From Phoronis australis (lineage: Eukaryota; Animalia; Phoronida): a DNA stretch of 64,000 bases. The first letter of the stretch is position 1; every line of letters begins with the position of its first letter. The position numbers and the translations under genes were made by a program. The stretch covers positions 161,514 through 225,513 of the forward strand of contig NMRA01000555.1 of the NCBI GenBank assembly GCA_002633005.1. Reading direction: 5' to 3'. This document shows, piece after piece, positions 39,996-53,600 of this stretch. The notes beneath the pieces were generated by a model, which saw nothing but the letters and a program-made list of their open reading frames with translations, was not told the DNA's origin and searched no databases.

Positions 39996-41268
39996 TCACT
40001 CGATAAACCACAGAGCAATTTAAGAGTGTTTAAATGGTACAATGGCCTCGATTTCAGCGGATGTTTGGCAGACAACGGTCAGAATTGGCAATTTGTAATA
40101 AAATTATAAAAGCACAACAAAATTTTGTTGTTTTATTGCTCTGGTCAAAGCTGTTAATAACAAAAATCAATCACATCCAACAACAGTCTCAAAAACGGTA
40201 ATGTCCCTTTGATTGAACATGATAGACTTCGTAGTTTCCTAACACTCATACTGAAAGTATTGTAAATGTTAAATGGAGATGAAAAAGAAGTTAGATGTAG
40301 TCTCCGATTATGAAGATGACGATGCCGCGGATGATGACGATTATCGGGCATTTTCCGTTACACAATATTTAAGGCACTGGCTGGCTAGTGAGATCATGTG
40401 AGATACATGGCCATATACTTGTATCTGGCGTCTATGCATGCAAAAACCAGCTCTAGGTTTGATGTCTTGGATCATGTAAGCCTAAGGTGCGCAGTGAGTC
40501 TCGTTACAAAGCAACGTTGGAGTGTCCTAATCAGACACACATTAGCAACCCGTTGGTACGTCTTATCAGATCTTCGCTCTAGTGGGGAATACATTAAAAT
40601 AGCAATGACTAATTCATGCCTCGAAACTTTTGTGATGAACAGAAATTGTGTACGACCCCTTCAAACTGTACGCATGAAATGATTAAGTACCTCAATTGCT
40701 CGCTCTTAAACTGACAGCAAAACAACATATCAATGTAACGTGCATCGTTCTGGAAATGTAACATATAATAAATATCATTTTGTGACCATCTTTCGTAAAT
40801 GAAATAAATGAGACACACCGTGCTTGTCACGTTGTCATTTCCGAAGTATTAGTGTGTCAGTCACGGTAATAATTGATCAAGAACCGGCCTGTTTTGACAA
40901 CTGCCTCGTTAATTAACGTTAACAGCTTGTCACCTGCGTAGTCTGAGTTTTCATATTAGCCTAATTCGGGTCTCTTTTTTGAGAACTTTTGCGGTGTAAT
41001 GTTTTTTTTTTTGGAAAAATCATCCGATATTTGGAGCTTGGGGTGGTATAGTATGTTTCCCAAGGTTCTCAGCAGTTCACTGACGCAATCGGCCCAACTT
41101 CCGGTTGGAAACCCGTTCTTAATCACTAAAGTGGTGATAAACCCGCCTTTCCGTCAGAAAAGCATTTTTTACCGAGACCACTTACCGTAATGAAATTTAA
41201 CTCGAATTGTTCTTTAGTCCAATTAAGCGTGATTTCTACAGGCTTGGACAGGGGTGGGGTGTTAATGT

Positions 41269-41414
41269 CATGGGCGGCGCAGCACTGAAAAAAAGTGGGG
41301 GTCTAAAGCCCCCTCAGCACCCCTGTGTGTACCGCCTATAGACCACGTGCGGCGTAGCACTGAAAAGGGGGGGCTATAGCCCCCTCCCCAGCCCCCTATG
41401 GTGCGCCGCCAATG
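41269..41414. mobile_element. MITE family B (CATGGGCGGCGCA TIRs)
   Basis: TIRs catgggcggcgca / tgcgccgccaatg with an internal partial duplication. Flanks aatgt/aatat. Related copy at 49330-49397. Confidence 0.7.
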
Positions 41415-42252
41415 AATATGCAAGGGGAGAATCGAAAATTGGTCGGACTTCAAAACCAGTCAGCTGGACTGCAGAACTAAATGACCGGTAATCAAACGTG
41501 TTGTCCTGACTTCAAAAGGTGATATTACCCAAAAAACTAGTTGGTTGGACCTAAAACACGATGGCCGGTGCTATAACCAGTTGACCGGAGATCGAACGGT
41601 TGGACTTCCTCAGATTGACTGTCTCGGAGGATTCAGGTGGCATCTAGTGTTTGTTTTTCGTACCCGTTTGTTTTGCTCAAAATTGGCGATTTGCTCGGCC
41701 GTTTTGTTTGAGCACCGGCTAACCCGTTTTTGGTCTGGCCATCCAGTTGTTTTTGGTGAGGCCACATCACGTGACATAAAGTTAAGCCTCAGTGAGACGA
41801 TTTCTGCCCCGATTGTGATGTCAGCAACATATGACGTGTAAGAAGACCAATAACTTATACAGGTGAAAGTTAATTGCCGTGATATTGCAGTAGGTTCAAG
41901 GAGACAAATAGTTTACTCAGTATTAGTCCGTGTTCGATTCAAGTGGATTGGGCGAAAAAACGAAAGGTTGGTGCCACCTACCGGGCAGCCGTTTCATCAT
42001 TTCATCTCACATACAGAACTTGTGCCCTGAAGTTGGGTAACCGGTGTTGGCACGTACATGTATTTGCGAACAAGAATTCACGTCATTTAAAACTTGGGAG
42101 GTATCACCCCTCTATTTCACTTATTTGTCAGGATATCAAAAAATACCGGGTTTCTGTCATGAAATCTGTGACATTCATGATACATATATAATTCTTAGTA
42201 TGTTAGTTTGATAGTGTTATTACTTATTGATATTATTTCTTTGCTAGCCAAT

Positions 42253-42677
42253 TGTTTGTGTTTATAGAAACTTGTTTTGGCTGTCAGCTGAGTCAGCGAC
42301 CAACCCATCCGGTACATCCACACATGCTTTGATGATCTCTGTAGTAAACAAGATTGCGTAATGGTCATTCACAGAAACATTGCCTAAAGACAGCTGACCA
42401 TTACCATATATGGCAAACACAACAGAGTAGTTCAGATGATTGTTGTGAAAGTTTTTAGAGTTGCTTCCTGTTATTTGCCTGTAGAATATTGAATCATAAA
42501 GTTTAGTGCATGCAACCCACATACTTGTAACTTGTATATAAACCTGTTCACTTGTCTAATAAAGACAGTCCTCATCTTGCTACTGCCAGTTGCTTTACTA
42601 GTGTAATTGAGTGTTCCACACTTAGTTACTGAATACAACCATCTCACTGACGGACCGAGACTGTCCACAACACAACA
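42253..42677 (+). mobile_element. Possible solo LTR
   Basis: TG(tttgtg)...cacaaCA ends, internal AATAAA at 42558, flanks caat/caac (imperfect 4-bp TSD). Confidence 0.3.
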
Positions 42678-44254
42678 CAACGCTGCTACTAAGTCGAGTT
42701 AGTCTACTACAGTTTCATTAGCTTTGCATAGTAATAAAATAAATACGGTTCTTTTTACCAAAAATTTCCTAAAGCAATCAAAACCTTCTTACAAGAAAAA
42801 TAATTCGTGATTATCACATGCAGGATAACGTTGTGGTCATTTGCAGAACGCAGAGGCAGAAGACTATTTCCATACATGACAGAAACACCAGTAAATTTCT
42901 TCTGATTCTTCCGTTTTACGAGCTGATTAATATTTATTTCGTGTAGTTTTATAAATCACGAAGTTCAGTGCATTTTGCCCACTCATATCCATCTATTAGC
43001 CTACAACGCCTGATGTCTCTTTCTGGGAATCTTAGTTGAGGATTTCTGCCTGTTTGATTTGCAGTCAACCGAGAACTTAAATGTAACACCACAATCACGC
43101 AACAACGCTGCCGGCGTCAGCCTAAACACCATTCTACCACAGATTTGCGTAACAGATTCGGTTGTGTGTTAAGAAAGGTTTCTACAGGGGCTTAATTTGC
43201 GTTCGCTTTATTTTGAATGATATTTTTGCTTACTAACTACAAGCGAAGTATTACTCATGACAGCTGCATTGGCAAATTTACGTTTGATTCTTGTTACAAA
43301 GCGAACCTGCAACATTGGCTGTCGTGCTTGATTGACTTCACCGGTTGTGCCGGGTCAACCGTTTCATACAATTTATTGTAGTTCTTGATGACGACTTCCG
43401 GCTTACAGATTAATCAGGTATCTCAGCCGGTTGTCCCAACGGAACCGGCGAAGTTCATCAATTGCAAACGTTGCGTAACCTAGTTTATTCCATATATGTG
43501 AAAATACGCCTTGTATTCGTCACATTACTATGAAACATGGGAGGCAATCCGTATACCACGGTAGAGGCCCGGCCGTATACAACGGTAGAAGCTGTACTTC
43601 ACGGTTGGTGAACAGTCTCCCAGTCTCCTGGTGGCGTAAATTGGATTGTCCAACGCCAAATTTGATAGCCATCGTTCATTTGAGTTACCTAAATCATTAA
43701 TCTGAAAAAGCAGTTTTACTGCTCTAAAAAGGAAAAGATTTACCGATCAATCAGCCAAAAATCTAATTCAAATCCAAAACGTTTCGTTATGGATGCGTGT
43801 AATATATTTTCACTGAGAGCTAACTGGTCTTTACAGGAAATGTCGACCTAATATCGTGTATGTGTTTTTTACTGAGACATTCGTCTGCTCGCAGCGTTCC
43901 TCAACTTTCTATCTTTGCCGGTCGTGGCGTAAAATCCTGTTTTTTTTGTGATACAGTCCTTACCTCAAGTTCAGCAAACCAGCTCAGTTTCCGCCGTTAT
44001 TTGCCAATCAACACGGGGAAATGTTTCTAATACTATTTGCAGTCCAGAAGCTAAGGCACGAAAATAGACCACGAAAACTAAGAAATTCATCGAAGCCTGA
44101 ACGGCGCACTGCTGTACAACTGTTCAGGGAATCCTTCATTTTTTAGATTCCCGGATGAATTGTTTCTTAGTTTCCGACAAACTTTCGATATTATTGAATG
44201 ATTCACTGCTTTAACTTGTATATTTCACAAACTGAAAATAATTCCATATCAATT

Positions 44255-45577
44255 TATTATGAAATAACACTCTACTGGTGTGGTTATTCAACACTTTCAC
44301 AGATAATCTTGTCTCTTAACCGGCTTGGGTACCGTGTTTGGCATACATATGACGTCATAAAACAACAAGCCAGAGCACACGGCCGCGATGATGCAAATAA
44401 GTTCATATTTAAGGGATAAATAGGTTTTCCTACATGTACATACATAGGAGTACTACTGCGACATCATATCTCGATTTCATTTCATCTGGGAATGTCCCAG
44501 TTTGTCCATCGGTCTCGTTGGGACATTACCAGATGAAATTAATTCTCGACAGAATATGGCAGTAGTATTCCTATGAATGTGAGATGACCTATATACACGA
44601 AGACAGCTAATCGTGCATCGATCTTCTCGTTCTTTCACGTTCACTTTGGTTTTCATTTCTCCTGAAGCCATTCTGTTACCGTATTGTCTGTCGACAGCCG
44701 TTAAATTGTCGGACAAATCACGTTCTGGTCACTTTTCAAAACTTATTCGTCCTTTTTATCTGGCCGGCTAAAAATCGAACTTCGAACTTGGTCGTATACT
44801 CTCATAAAAGCGGTCCCAAATAAATGCCGTGATCAGGGGCGGATCCAGGATTTTTAGTTAGGGCCAGGGGGCAGGGCAGAGTGTTAGCCAGGATTTTGCC
44901 CGTCAGACATTCACACCNTATTATGAAATAACACTCTACTGGTGTTGTTATTCAACACTTTCACAGATAATCTTGTCTCTTAACCGGCTTGGGTACCGTG
45001 TTTGGCATACATATGACGTCATAAAACAACAAGTCAGAGCACACGGCCGCGATGATGCAAATAAGTTCATATTTAAGGGATAAATAGGTTTTCCTACATG
45101 TACATACATAGGAGTACTACTGCGACATCATATCTCGATTTCATTTCAACTGGGAATGTCCCAGTTCGTCCATCGGTCTCGTTGGGACATTACCAGATGA
45201 AATTAATTCTCGACAGAATATGGCAGTGGTATTCCTATGAATGTGAGATGACCTATATACACGAAGACAGCTAATCGTGCATCGATCTTCTCGTTCTTTC
45301 ACGTTCATTTTGGTTTTCATTTCTCCTGAAACCATTCTGTTACCGTATTGTCTGTCGACAGCCGTTAAATTGTCGGACAAATCACGTTCTGGTCACTTTT
45401 CAAAACTTATTCGTCCTTTTTATCTGGCTAAAAATCGAACTTCGAACTTGGTCGTATACTCTCATAAAAGCGGTCCCAAATAAATGCCGTGATCAGGGGC
45501 GGATCCAGGATTTTTAGTTAGGGCCAGGGGGCAGGGCAGAGTGTTAGCCAGGATTTTGCCCGTCAGACATTCACACC
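44255..45577. repeat. Near-identical tandem duplication of about 660 bp (44255-44917 and 44919-45577), probably an assembly artefact
   Basis: The copies differ by a few SNPs and a 4-bp indel and are joined exactly at a single n (44918). The first copy stops in the middle of a MITE. Confidence 0.9.
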
Positions 45578-45663
45578 TCCCCCCCCTCCCCAATCGCCAA
45601 ATGGAATCTGGGAAAGTTTTAGGGGGGCATAGCCCCCTTGCCCCCCCTCTAAATCCGCCACTG
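45494..45663. mobile_element. MITE family A copy with 5-bp TSD GTGAT
   Basis: CAGGGGCGGATCCAGG...AATCCGCCACTG, with GTGAT at 45489-45493 and 45664-45668. Confidence 0.85.
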
Positions 45664-46559
45664 GTGATAGGATTCTGCTCCCGTTAGCCTGTCGAATCAT
45701 ACTGGCATCGTCCGAATGAATAATTTTAGGGTTGGACCACCTTATAGATTCTGAAGTGTTTTCTTGGTTCGCTGATGGCTTCAATTCCTGTTGGTAAGAT
45801 AAATAAAATCTTATCACCGTAAGGAAAATCATGCGATTGATTTCTTGAGTGTAAAAAGACTAATTGAATTTTCATTTTTGTCAGTTAAACAGGGCGATAT
45901 GAAGCTTTAAGAAACTGGGTATTTATTGAAATAATTTTATATTAATTGTTCTTCATTCACGAAAGGTTGCTGATAAAAATTGGAAACCACAGGCAGGATT
46001 TTGAGGTAAAATTATTAAGCACTTTTGGTAATATAAAGTATTAATGAACAGGAAGCCCTGATGGCAAATAGCACGTCATCCAAAAATCAATTTATGAAAT
46101 GCAAGTCAGGTATTAATTTTTAGGAGAGTAATTCTGATCTTAATTAACAAAATCCAATCTTCAGGTACTTCGCTGCATTATAGTTTTCAGTAGGTGACAA
46201 TTGTTGACACTGGATTATAGTAATCGAACCTCATTGGTATACCGTAAATGAATCCGTTTGTGAATTGAATTGAATGCATGTGACAATTTTCTGTCTAATC
46301 GTCTTTATTAAGTTCCTGCGCAAATGGAAATTGACCTAAATTAGCAGTGCCCTGAGAAATCAATCAAATCAAAGTCAAGACAGATTTCTTTCTGTAATAA
46401 AGGCCACAGGCACATCGTAAAGAAAATAGCATTTTGATTATAGCTAGCGTTTAACTGTTATTAAGAAGTGGAATGGCTGTAAAATATATGTACTGTAGAG
46501 AAGCTTAAAACAAGCTGCTCATAACCACGTGTTGGTATCAATTTGAATTAAGTAAATAA

Positions 46560-46770
46560 TTAATGATTAATGGATTTAGGTATGGAAGGAAGCTTACATG
46601 TCCGTATATTTTTTCTTAATTCAGTATATGTAGTACAATTGAATATGAAATCAAACGCGCCCTCACTAATATTGGAACAGAATGGTCGTGCTCCGTCAAT
46701 ATTTAAGCGTCTAGTTCGGGTTTGTTTTGCCTCATCCATAAGTCTTTGTATTAAGTCAAATATCAACAAC
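46560..46770 (-). mobile_element. Decayed LINE ORF2 C-terminal (zinc-knuckle) fragment
   Basis: GARPFCSNISEGAFDFIFNCTTYTELRK resembles the R.CPFC....EDEFHF.F.C..Y.ELR end of CR1/L2/RTE-X-type ORF2. Confidence 0.5.
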
Positions 46771-48819
46771 ACTAAAACTTCAACTAAGAAAATTCATATT
46801 TCCTGTACGTAGAAAGTCTTAGCGTTGTTGTTAAACTTTGTACTAACCTGTCATCAATTGGGTTGACACGACCGTCTATTTTTTACAAAGTTTTATGAAA
46901 ATTAAAGATACGCGCATATCTTCAACTTTTGATTTTTCCAGAAAATATTCATAAAAATTCTAATTTTGATATCAAAATTGGAACCTTTTAAACTAATGTT
47001 AACACCGTTTTGTGGAACACTGTAAAAAGCATAGTATTTGAAAGCGTCATGTCAATCCGGTCGGTCATTTTTGAGAGACTAGGTTCTGAAGTTAGTCAAA
47101 TTTGGCAATTTTCTCAGATCTTGCAGAACTTTCAATTGACATTGTGTGGTTTGTATAGCGAACACTTGCCATGGTCATAACCTGTGCTCGGGATATGTTT
47201 AGACTGGGCTAATTTTCCAAATTGAACCCAGTCTTAAATAGTTAATAAAAATACAGTTAGGAATTAAACACTATACTGAGTCGCAATTCAGTTCCTTACT
47301 CGTTGCGTGAAAATTCCGGGAATGATTTTTTTCACGCGACACCTTGATTCAAACGTCTGACTGACAAAGCTCAGTTTCGGGAACAGCGGCCGTTTTAGTC
47401 CAAGTTGTAAAATAGACGTATTAACTGAGTTACGATACGGAGACATTTTACATTGGAATCATAATGGTGTCGTACAGCAGTATTTGGCGGTATTCTTCCA
47501 TATTCGCTCAATACCGCATTGGTTGAGAAAGAATTAGCTACAACCAGCACACATTTACATTATTTTCACTTTTTCTATCCAACAAAACTCTTGGAAGCCC
47601 CATATTCCATCTCCATGGCACAGAATAGGGTGAATACTATCAAAGGCTACATGCGGTTAAAACAGTGTCAATTTTCTTTGTAAGTAGTTTATCTACTATA
47701 ATGACAACCTTCATTGTTTGGACTGACAAGGTCTGAGTAGCCTAAATCCTCAAAATTGATTAGAAAACCAAGATACTAATACCTAGAAAGCACATCGAGA
47801 TTTTCACTTCCTAAGTTCTCGTATGTTCTCACGGGACCTTTGTTTCTGTACACCGTTGCTTTCTTCACTAAATTTACCGAGACATACTTGTACCTCATTC
47901 CTGACAAAATTTATCTAAAGCGAACAAAAGTCATTGCATTTTAAGCGGAAATTCCGCACACAAGGATGATAGGTTCATATTACGTCAGCATGTTTAACTA
48001 CGAAGAAAATGGGGCCTAAAATTACATTCTTGCCTTTTACCAATACTATCACAAAAGTCAGTTTTTCTCGTAGTTCATTTTCACGCATGTCAGAAGTTTG
48101 ATATACGTTGACAGTAAAGTTCTTTAAAAATCTCCAATGAAACGCTTTAGAAAAATCAATAAAGGCACAAATAAAACGATGCCCTTTTTACTTACACATG
48201 CGGGTTACCAATGGAGAAAAACAGTTGACGTCCAATTTTCTCATGTAATTTAGCTAAAGCCATCCAAATGACTTCAGTGTAGGATGTTTTGCTACAGGTG
48301 ACTGTCAACCTCCTTCTCCCCGAGATTTTGTGTTTCATTAGCGCAATCTCGCGAAATTTAAAGATACTCACTGTGACCGAACGCATTCTATTCATATGCG
48401 TAGGAAGGTAATCTGGGTTACTGAGTCGAAACAAATTTGAGCGCAAAATCCGTGTTATTGGTGAACAATCACCGTCTTTCTGTACTTAAAAAACGCCTAT
48501 ACATAACACCGTTGGCCTTGTGCACGCGCAGCATCACCAAGCGACACTCCGTGTCTCCGGGTCAGAAGGTCGTAAAATGTTATTCTGATGATTACAAATA
48601 AACACATAAAAATTTCGGTCGTTGTGCGTGCATCACTTTTTAACGAATTTGTAGAGCTTGTTTAGAAATCTTAAAATGGTAACGTAACAGTGGTTTCGGG
48701 ATGAAATGGAACGAAATTAGCTACTGCTGTTGAACGCATTGACAACCTGTAACATTTAAGTAACTTTTCACGTTTTGATCCTGTTGATGTGAACCAAGTC
48801 GAATCTTGCTATTTCACAG

Positions 48820-48950
48820 GTCATGTTTATCATAAACGAAGGAAAGGGAGAGTGGCTACTTGGTCTGTTCCTCTGTAAGCTCAACAGGTTCGCTCAAGTC
48901 ACAGGGATATACGCTTCTATCCAGAGCTTGGTAGCGCTTTGCATTGAAAG
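48820..48950 (+). CDS. GPCR exon 3 (ECL1-TM3)
   Basis: Acceptor atttcacag and donor gtgaga, phase 0/2. Translates VMFIINEGKGEWLLGLFLCKLNRFAQVTGIYASIQSLVALCIE(R), with the WxxGxxxCK motif. The intron splits the Arg codon of the DRY-equivalent motif. Confidence 0.95.
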
Positions 48951-49329
48951 GTGAGAAACCGCGTTTTGAGGTCCAACATAAAACATGCACTCTGAACTGA
49001 AGTAAGTTAAGCTCTGCACCAGCCAACATTTAGTGGAGCTGTCCGTGTATTGGTCTACAGTCCTCCGATCGAAACTTTATTTCTGTTGCCACAGACAACA
49101 TCTGGGGCACAAATGAGCAAAAATGCCTTCAAGAAGCAAGTCTCGTTTGATTTCACTTACAAGAGGTAAACGAGAAAAAAATACAGGGTAGAGTTCATTA
49201 ACGGAAGGACCTCACTAAAAAGCAAGACTTCGCGAGATTACGTGAGATATTGCTGTGTATTTTAAATGAGAACACGTGGTTTTGCCCCGGATATTTTGGC
49301 TAAATTTTATCGAGGTCCTACTGTACTTG

Positions 49330-49397
49330 CATGGGCGGCGCACCATAGGGGGCTGGGGGCTACAACCCCCCACTTTTTCAGTGCTGCGCCGCCCATG
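49330..49397. mobile_element. MITE family B copy
   Basis: Perfect TIRs CATGGGCGGCGCA / TGCGCCGCCCATG, flanks acttg/acatg. Confidence 0.75.
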
Positions 49398-49982
49398 ACA
49401 TGTACATGTAGGTCCTAACATTGCTGAGCGCTTCCCAGCTTTTAACGATAAATACTTCTGCCACATTTCTTAACCAAATCTTTGATATTGAAGGATGCCG
49501 TTACCATTTTCAATTCTCAAATGCATGGAGAAAGTTGTCTACGAACTCGCGGAATAAGGTTGCTTTTGTGCCACAAATTACCTGAGGAAGTTTAAAAACG
49601 GCGGGTAACCGAACTCCCTCAACAAAAGCGTCTGCCGATCTTAATATTACACTTCATAGCAAAACTAGTTACAAGCTTTCTGCGTGAGTTTACGAAAGTC
49701 GTGGAACAGTCAAGCCATTTAGTTGCTATTTAAGCGGCCATTTTGTATACTCGTTCTTTTTGATCGACTAAAGCAAAATTCGTTCTTGTGACCTGGATTT
49801 GACATTTACCACACAACATCAAGATACATGCATGTCACTCAGTCTCACTTCAAAAATATTCAGTGCAAACGAATTATGCGAATGAAACTAGGACTTTAAA
49901 AGTATTTATTTTTCTTTGAAGTGGCAGATTTGAAAACAAGAGTTAAAAGGTGAACAAATAAAAACAACATTTTTTATTTCAG

Positions 49983-50661
49983 GCATATAGCTATAGCACA
50001 TCCGCTCCAAGCTCAAGTTTTGTCCAGCAGGAAGAGAATTGTGATTACAATGACCATCATATGGATCGCTGCTGGCCTCTGCGGTTTACCGACAGCCTTC
50101 GGCAACGTTTTGCAAGGAGGAGGATGCATGCTGTCTTTAAGCAATCAGGAAATGCTGATATTCAAATACTCAGAATTCACGCTCTTCTATTTCGTGCCGC
50201 TCGTTCTTCAGGCTGTCTTGTACACAATCACGTGCCGGAAGTTGTTTTCGGGTGTGCGCAGTCTGCACCACAGTAACAACGGCTTAGGTCGGGTGGAGAA
50301 GTCATCAGAAGCCATAAGAGCCAGGCACGGCGTTGTCAAGATGCTTGTAGCTAGCGTCATCATCTATTTCCTGAGTTACTCTCCGCATCAGTTTTTGTTG
50401 TTCTATAACACCTTCTGCCCGCGTCCTTTTCAGGCTCCGTTTATTTACACAGCGTTTACAATCACCTTTGGCCACGTGAATGCAGCCGCTAACCCAATAC
50501 TGTACGCCATCTTCAGCCAAAATTTCCGACGGCGCTTTCTTTCCATGCTGTTTCGCATGTCACCAGACGATTATGCTAAAGTATCCAAGACTGGGGGGTT
50601 TTACGATTCAAATACCGGAAGTACACGCACGCGTAACGCACAGGCAAGCACTTCCGTGTAA
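49983..50661 (+). CDS. GPCR exon 4 (TM3 end to TM7 and C-tail, stop codon)
   Basis: Acceptor tttatttcag, phase 2. Translates (R)HIAIAHPL..IWIAAGLCGLP..FYFVPLVLQAVLY..RHGVVKMLVASVIIYFLSYSPHQ..NAAANPILYAIFSQNFRRRF..TSV*. The four exons total 1089 nt = 362 aa plus stop. AATAAA at 50685. Confidence 0.97.
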
Positions 50662-53600
50662 GCTTTGAATCGATATATTTCAACAATAAAAAATTACATT
50701 TTATGGTACGATAACAATTATCCAAAATGATACGAAATGTTGATAACTTGTGCACGATAGTTGTTACGCCTGAGCTTCGGAAATCGAGAAATTGGGTCTT
50801 CGGTAATTGTTTGCGCTTCGCATAACTTGCTACAGAAAGCGGTAAGTAGGTATTAGTAAATCGCTAAACCAAATTATTTTTAGGTTCATTGAACGTATCC
50901 AGGACAACCTATCGCAAATTTCTAGTCGTGGTTAGTCTAAACGTTCTCATCCTGTATTCTTTTTTTTACGGGTTCTACTTCACGTCTTGTGTACAGATAT
51001 AGATTTAATAGACGCTTCCCGATTTTTTTCAACTCAATTCAACTGTTGTGATGAACAGTATCGCGTAGTAGGCGGCGACTTAGAAAGATAAATCTCGCAT
51101 TGCTGATGTACGACAAGTATGTAAGACAATAGGAGAGAAATCTATGTAGTTTATCTATTGATAAGTGGGTCTATTTATATAAATATATATCTTAGAGAAT
51201 TGAGTAAGTGTAAGGTTATGTCCAACAAACCGCGTTTATGATAAATGTAAGTTTAACACAAACAGAAAAATCAAAGACGCCTAGAACTGAACCTTGCACT
51301 GAAGTGTTGGCGAGTGGCCTGCTTTTAAAAGTAAGGGACACACGTGTTCAGCTATCATGTGACTTCGGCATATAAATCTGTCGACGGATGGGGAGTGTGG
51401 TTACATACACCTGAGTTCAGAGCGATATTTCTATTATCTCTGTCATGCCTGCTCTGTCGCTATACCCACAGTGCTTGACAAAATATTATTTACAATACTT
51501 TGTTCCAAGAATGTTTTGTGAAGTGCAACTAAAAATGCTACCAGGCCTGACTCAAGTATCAAAATCAGTACATAAATGTACTATCAAAACAAATTTTTGC
51601 GTGATCTTTGTACGTCATCGACCAATCGCCGGTTTGCACTCGATCAGCCATTTTCGATATCAAAACAAGAGTTTTTAGTACTTGAAATTCGTCTCAAGTT
51701 AGATATGTTTTCTATGGCAAGACGGGATTGAACAGCTGTTCAAATTCAAATGAAACTTTCACACACTACACGTTTTGCACTCCAAAAACTACTAAGATTT
51801 TTTTAAACGTTCAAATTTTGTGTAGGAAGATATCAAATGTTTGCAAAACAGTACATGTGTAATATAACTTAGAAACTGTAACAGTGTTGTTGAAATTTAA
51901 TCCTGAATAATTAAATCGAATTAAAAACATGGTCATGCTATTGATTTGACTGTTTTTCTAGGAATGCACATTGGTTATTTTTGTATATTTCCAAAAGGTA
52001 TCATCGCGTAGACCAATTAATGGCAAATTAACGTTATCAAGCGAATTTTATCAGGTTTTTATTTTGTACTTTTACCGAGTTAAGCTCCACCGGTTTGTAC
52101 GTAGTTGGCTTAATTCAATGGTTTGTACATAGTTTACAAATAACCTCATAATTTCTAGATGGAATACTAAACGTGTCTCACCGACAAAACTTGGTATTAC
52201 TAAAAATGTTCAACTCATCTCGCACGGCAGTCCAGCACTCGATTATGTTTCCAAATGCTTAGTGTTAAGATGTTACGTCTCCAATGTGTTTCAGCTTTTC
52301 TCTGCTTTTCTCACATACCCTTCAGTGAATTGCCCTTCGCTTTTTCACGTCGGCTCAAAATTTAATCTGTTTTACTCGCTGCCCAAGTCGGTCATTTTCA
52401 CGGTGTACAGCATTGAAACAGTCGATGAGTTATAAAACTACCTTCCGCCATCATTTTAGGCTTAGATCACTTACCGGTCTTTAGTTTTTTCTTATTCAAA
52501 TTGGTGTTATTTGTGGGCTTTTAATGATCTTTGAGTTCATTGGCACTTGAGGCCGGCTTCTTCAATTTAGCTAATTGTCACGCCTAGTCACTATATTTAC
52601 CTAACACGGCCTCAAGTAATAACGAACCACCACTTCTTTGCAAACGTTACTCGATAGAACAAGTTGAGATCAATTTTTATCGCTAAGCACTTAAAATCTA
52701 TAGTCTTTGACGCAACGCGGGTTCATTGTCGCTTATAAGTGTGATTGGATGACTTTGTAAGCAATTGATGATTTATAACAAAATCGCAATAAACACAGAA
52801 CGGATATTGGTGTATTAGCTCTGGTTAAAGCTAATTTCTTTAAAAAGTAAATTCTTCCCCCAAAATACCCTCTTCCGTTTGATGAGTAATAATTCTTCAT
52901 CTTTATCATTAATATTGTAAGTTTATGTTTATATTTACAATGGTTAACGTGTAGAAAACTTGATTGCAATAACATTCACAGTTCAATCTTTCAAGGACAA
53001 ATTAACTCAGGGAATACTTTTATTAATACAAATAAGAAATCTCTACGAAAATTTTGAACTCACACCAACCATTTTACGAAAGAGGGATAAGAATTTTGCC
53101 GTCAGCAATGTAACTACGAAAGTACTTTTTAAACCGTAAACAAACGCTACCTTCACAAACAAAGGTCAATAAGTCTTAACAGACCTTCTTTCAAGCAAGT
53201 CGTATTGAACGCCTAAGTATTTTCCGCACCCTTAATTTTGAGCAATAACTTCTGGTATTGCCGCGCAGCCCGTCTAGTCCCTTTGTGTAATTCGAACAAG
53301 AGAAGTCCAACGCTCAATACATAACATCAAACAGAGATAATTTTTAAAAACATCGCAATCATTTATTCTCTGCGCTTCGACCTTCCTTGGTCATCCAAGG
53401 AGTAACTGAAAGGCTAGGAAAGGGAATTGGGCCCACCAGGAAGACACAGGTAAGAAAACAGCACAACGGTAACACAGTGGGATGTCAAGAAATACATGTA
53501 CATACACAAGTGTGAAACCCTCTAGAGAAGACAACAGAGACACCTACTGAACAGCAGACGTCACTACATAAATTAATTTAAGGATTCTAGACTGGTCAGC

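Noticed and set aside
44477-45380. Duplicated 79-aa gene pair
   Set aside because: Both ORFs are products of the probable assembly duplication and show no coding features.
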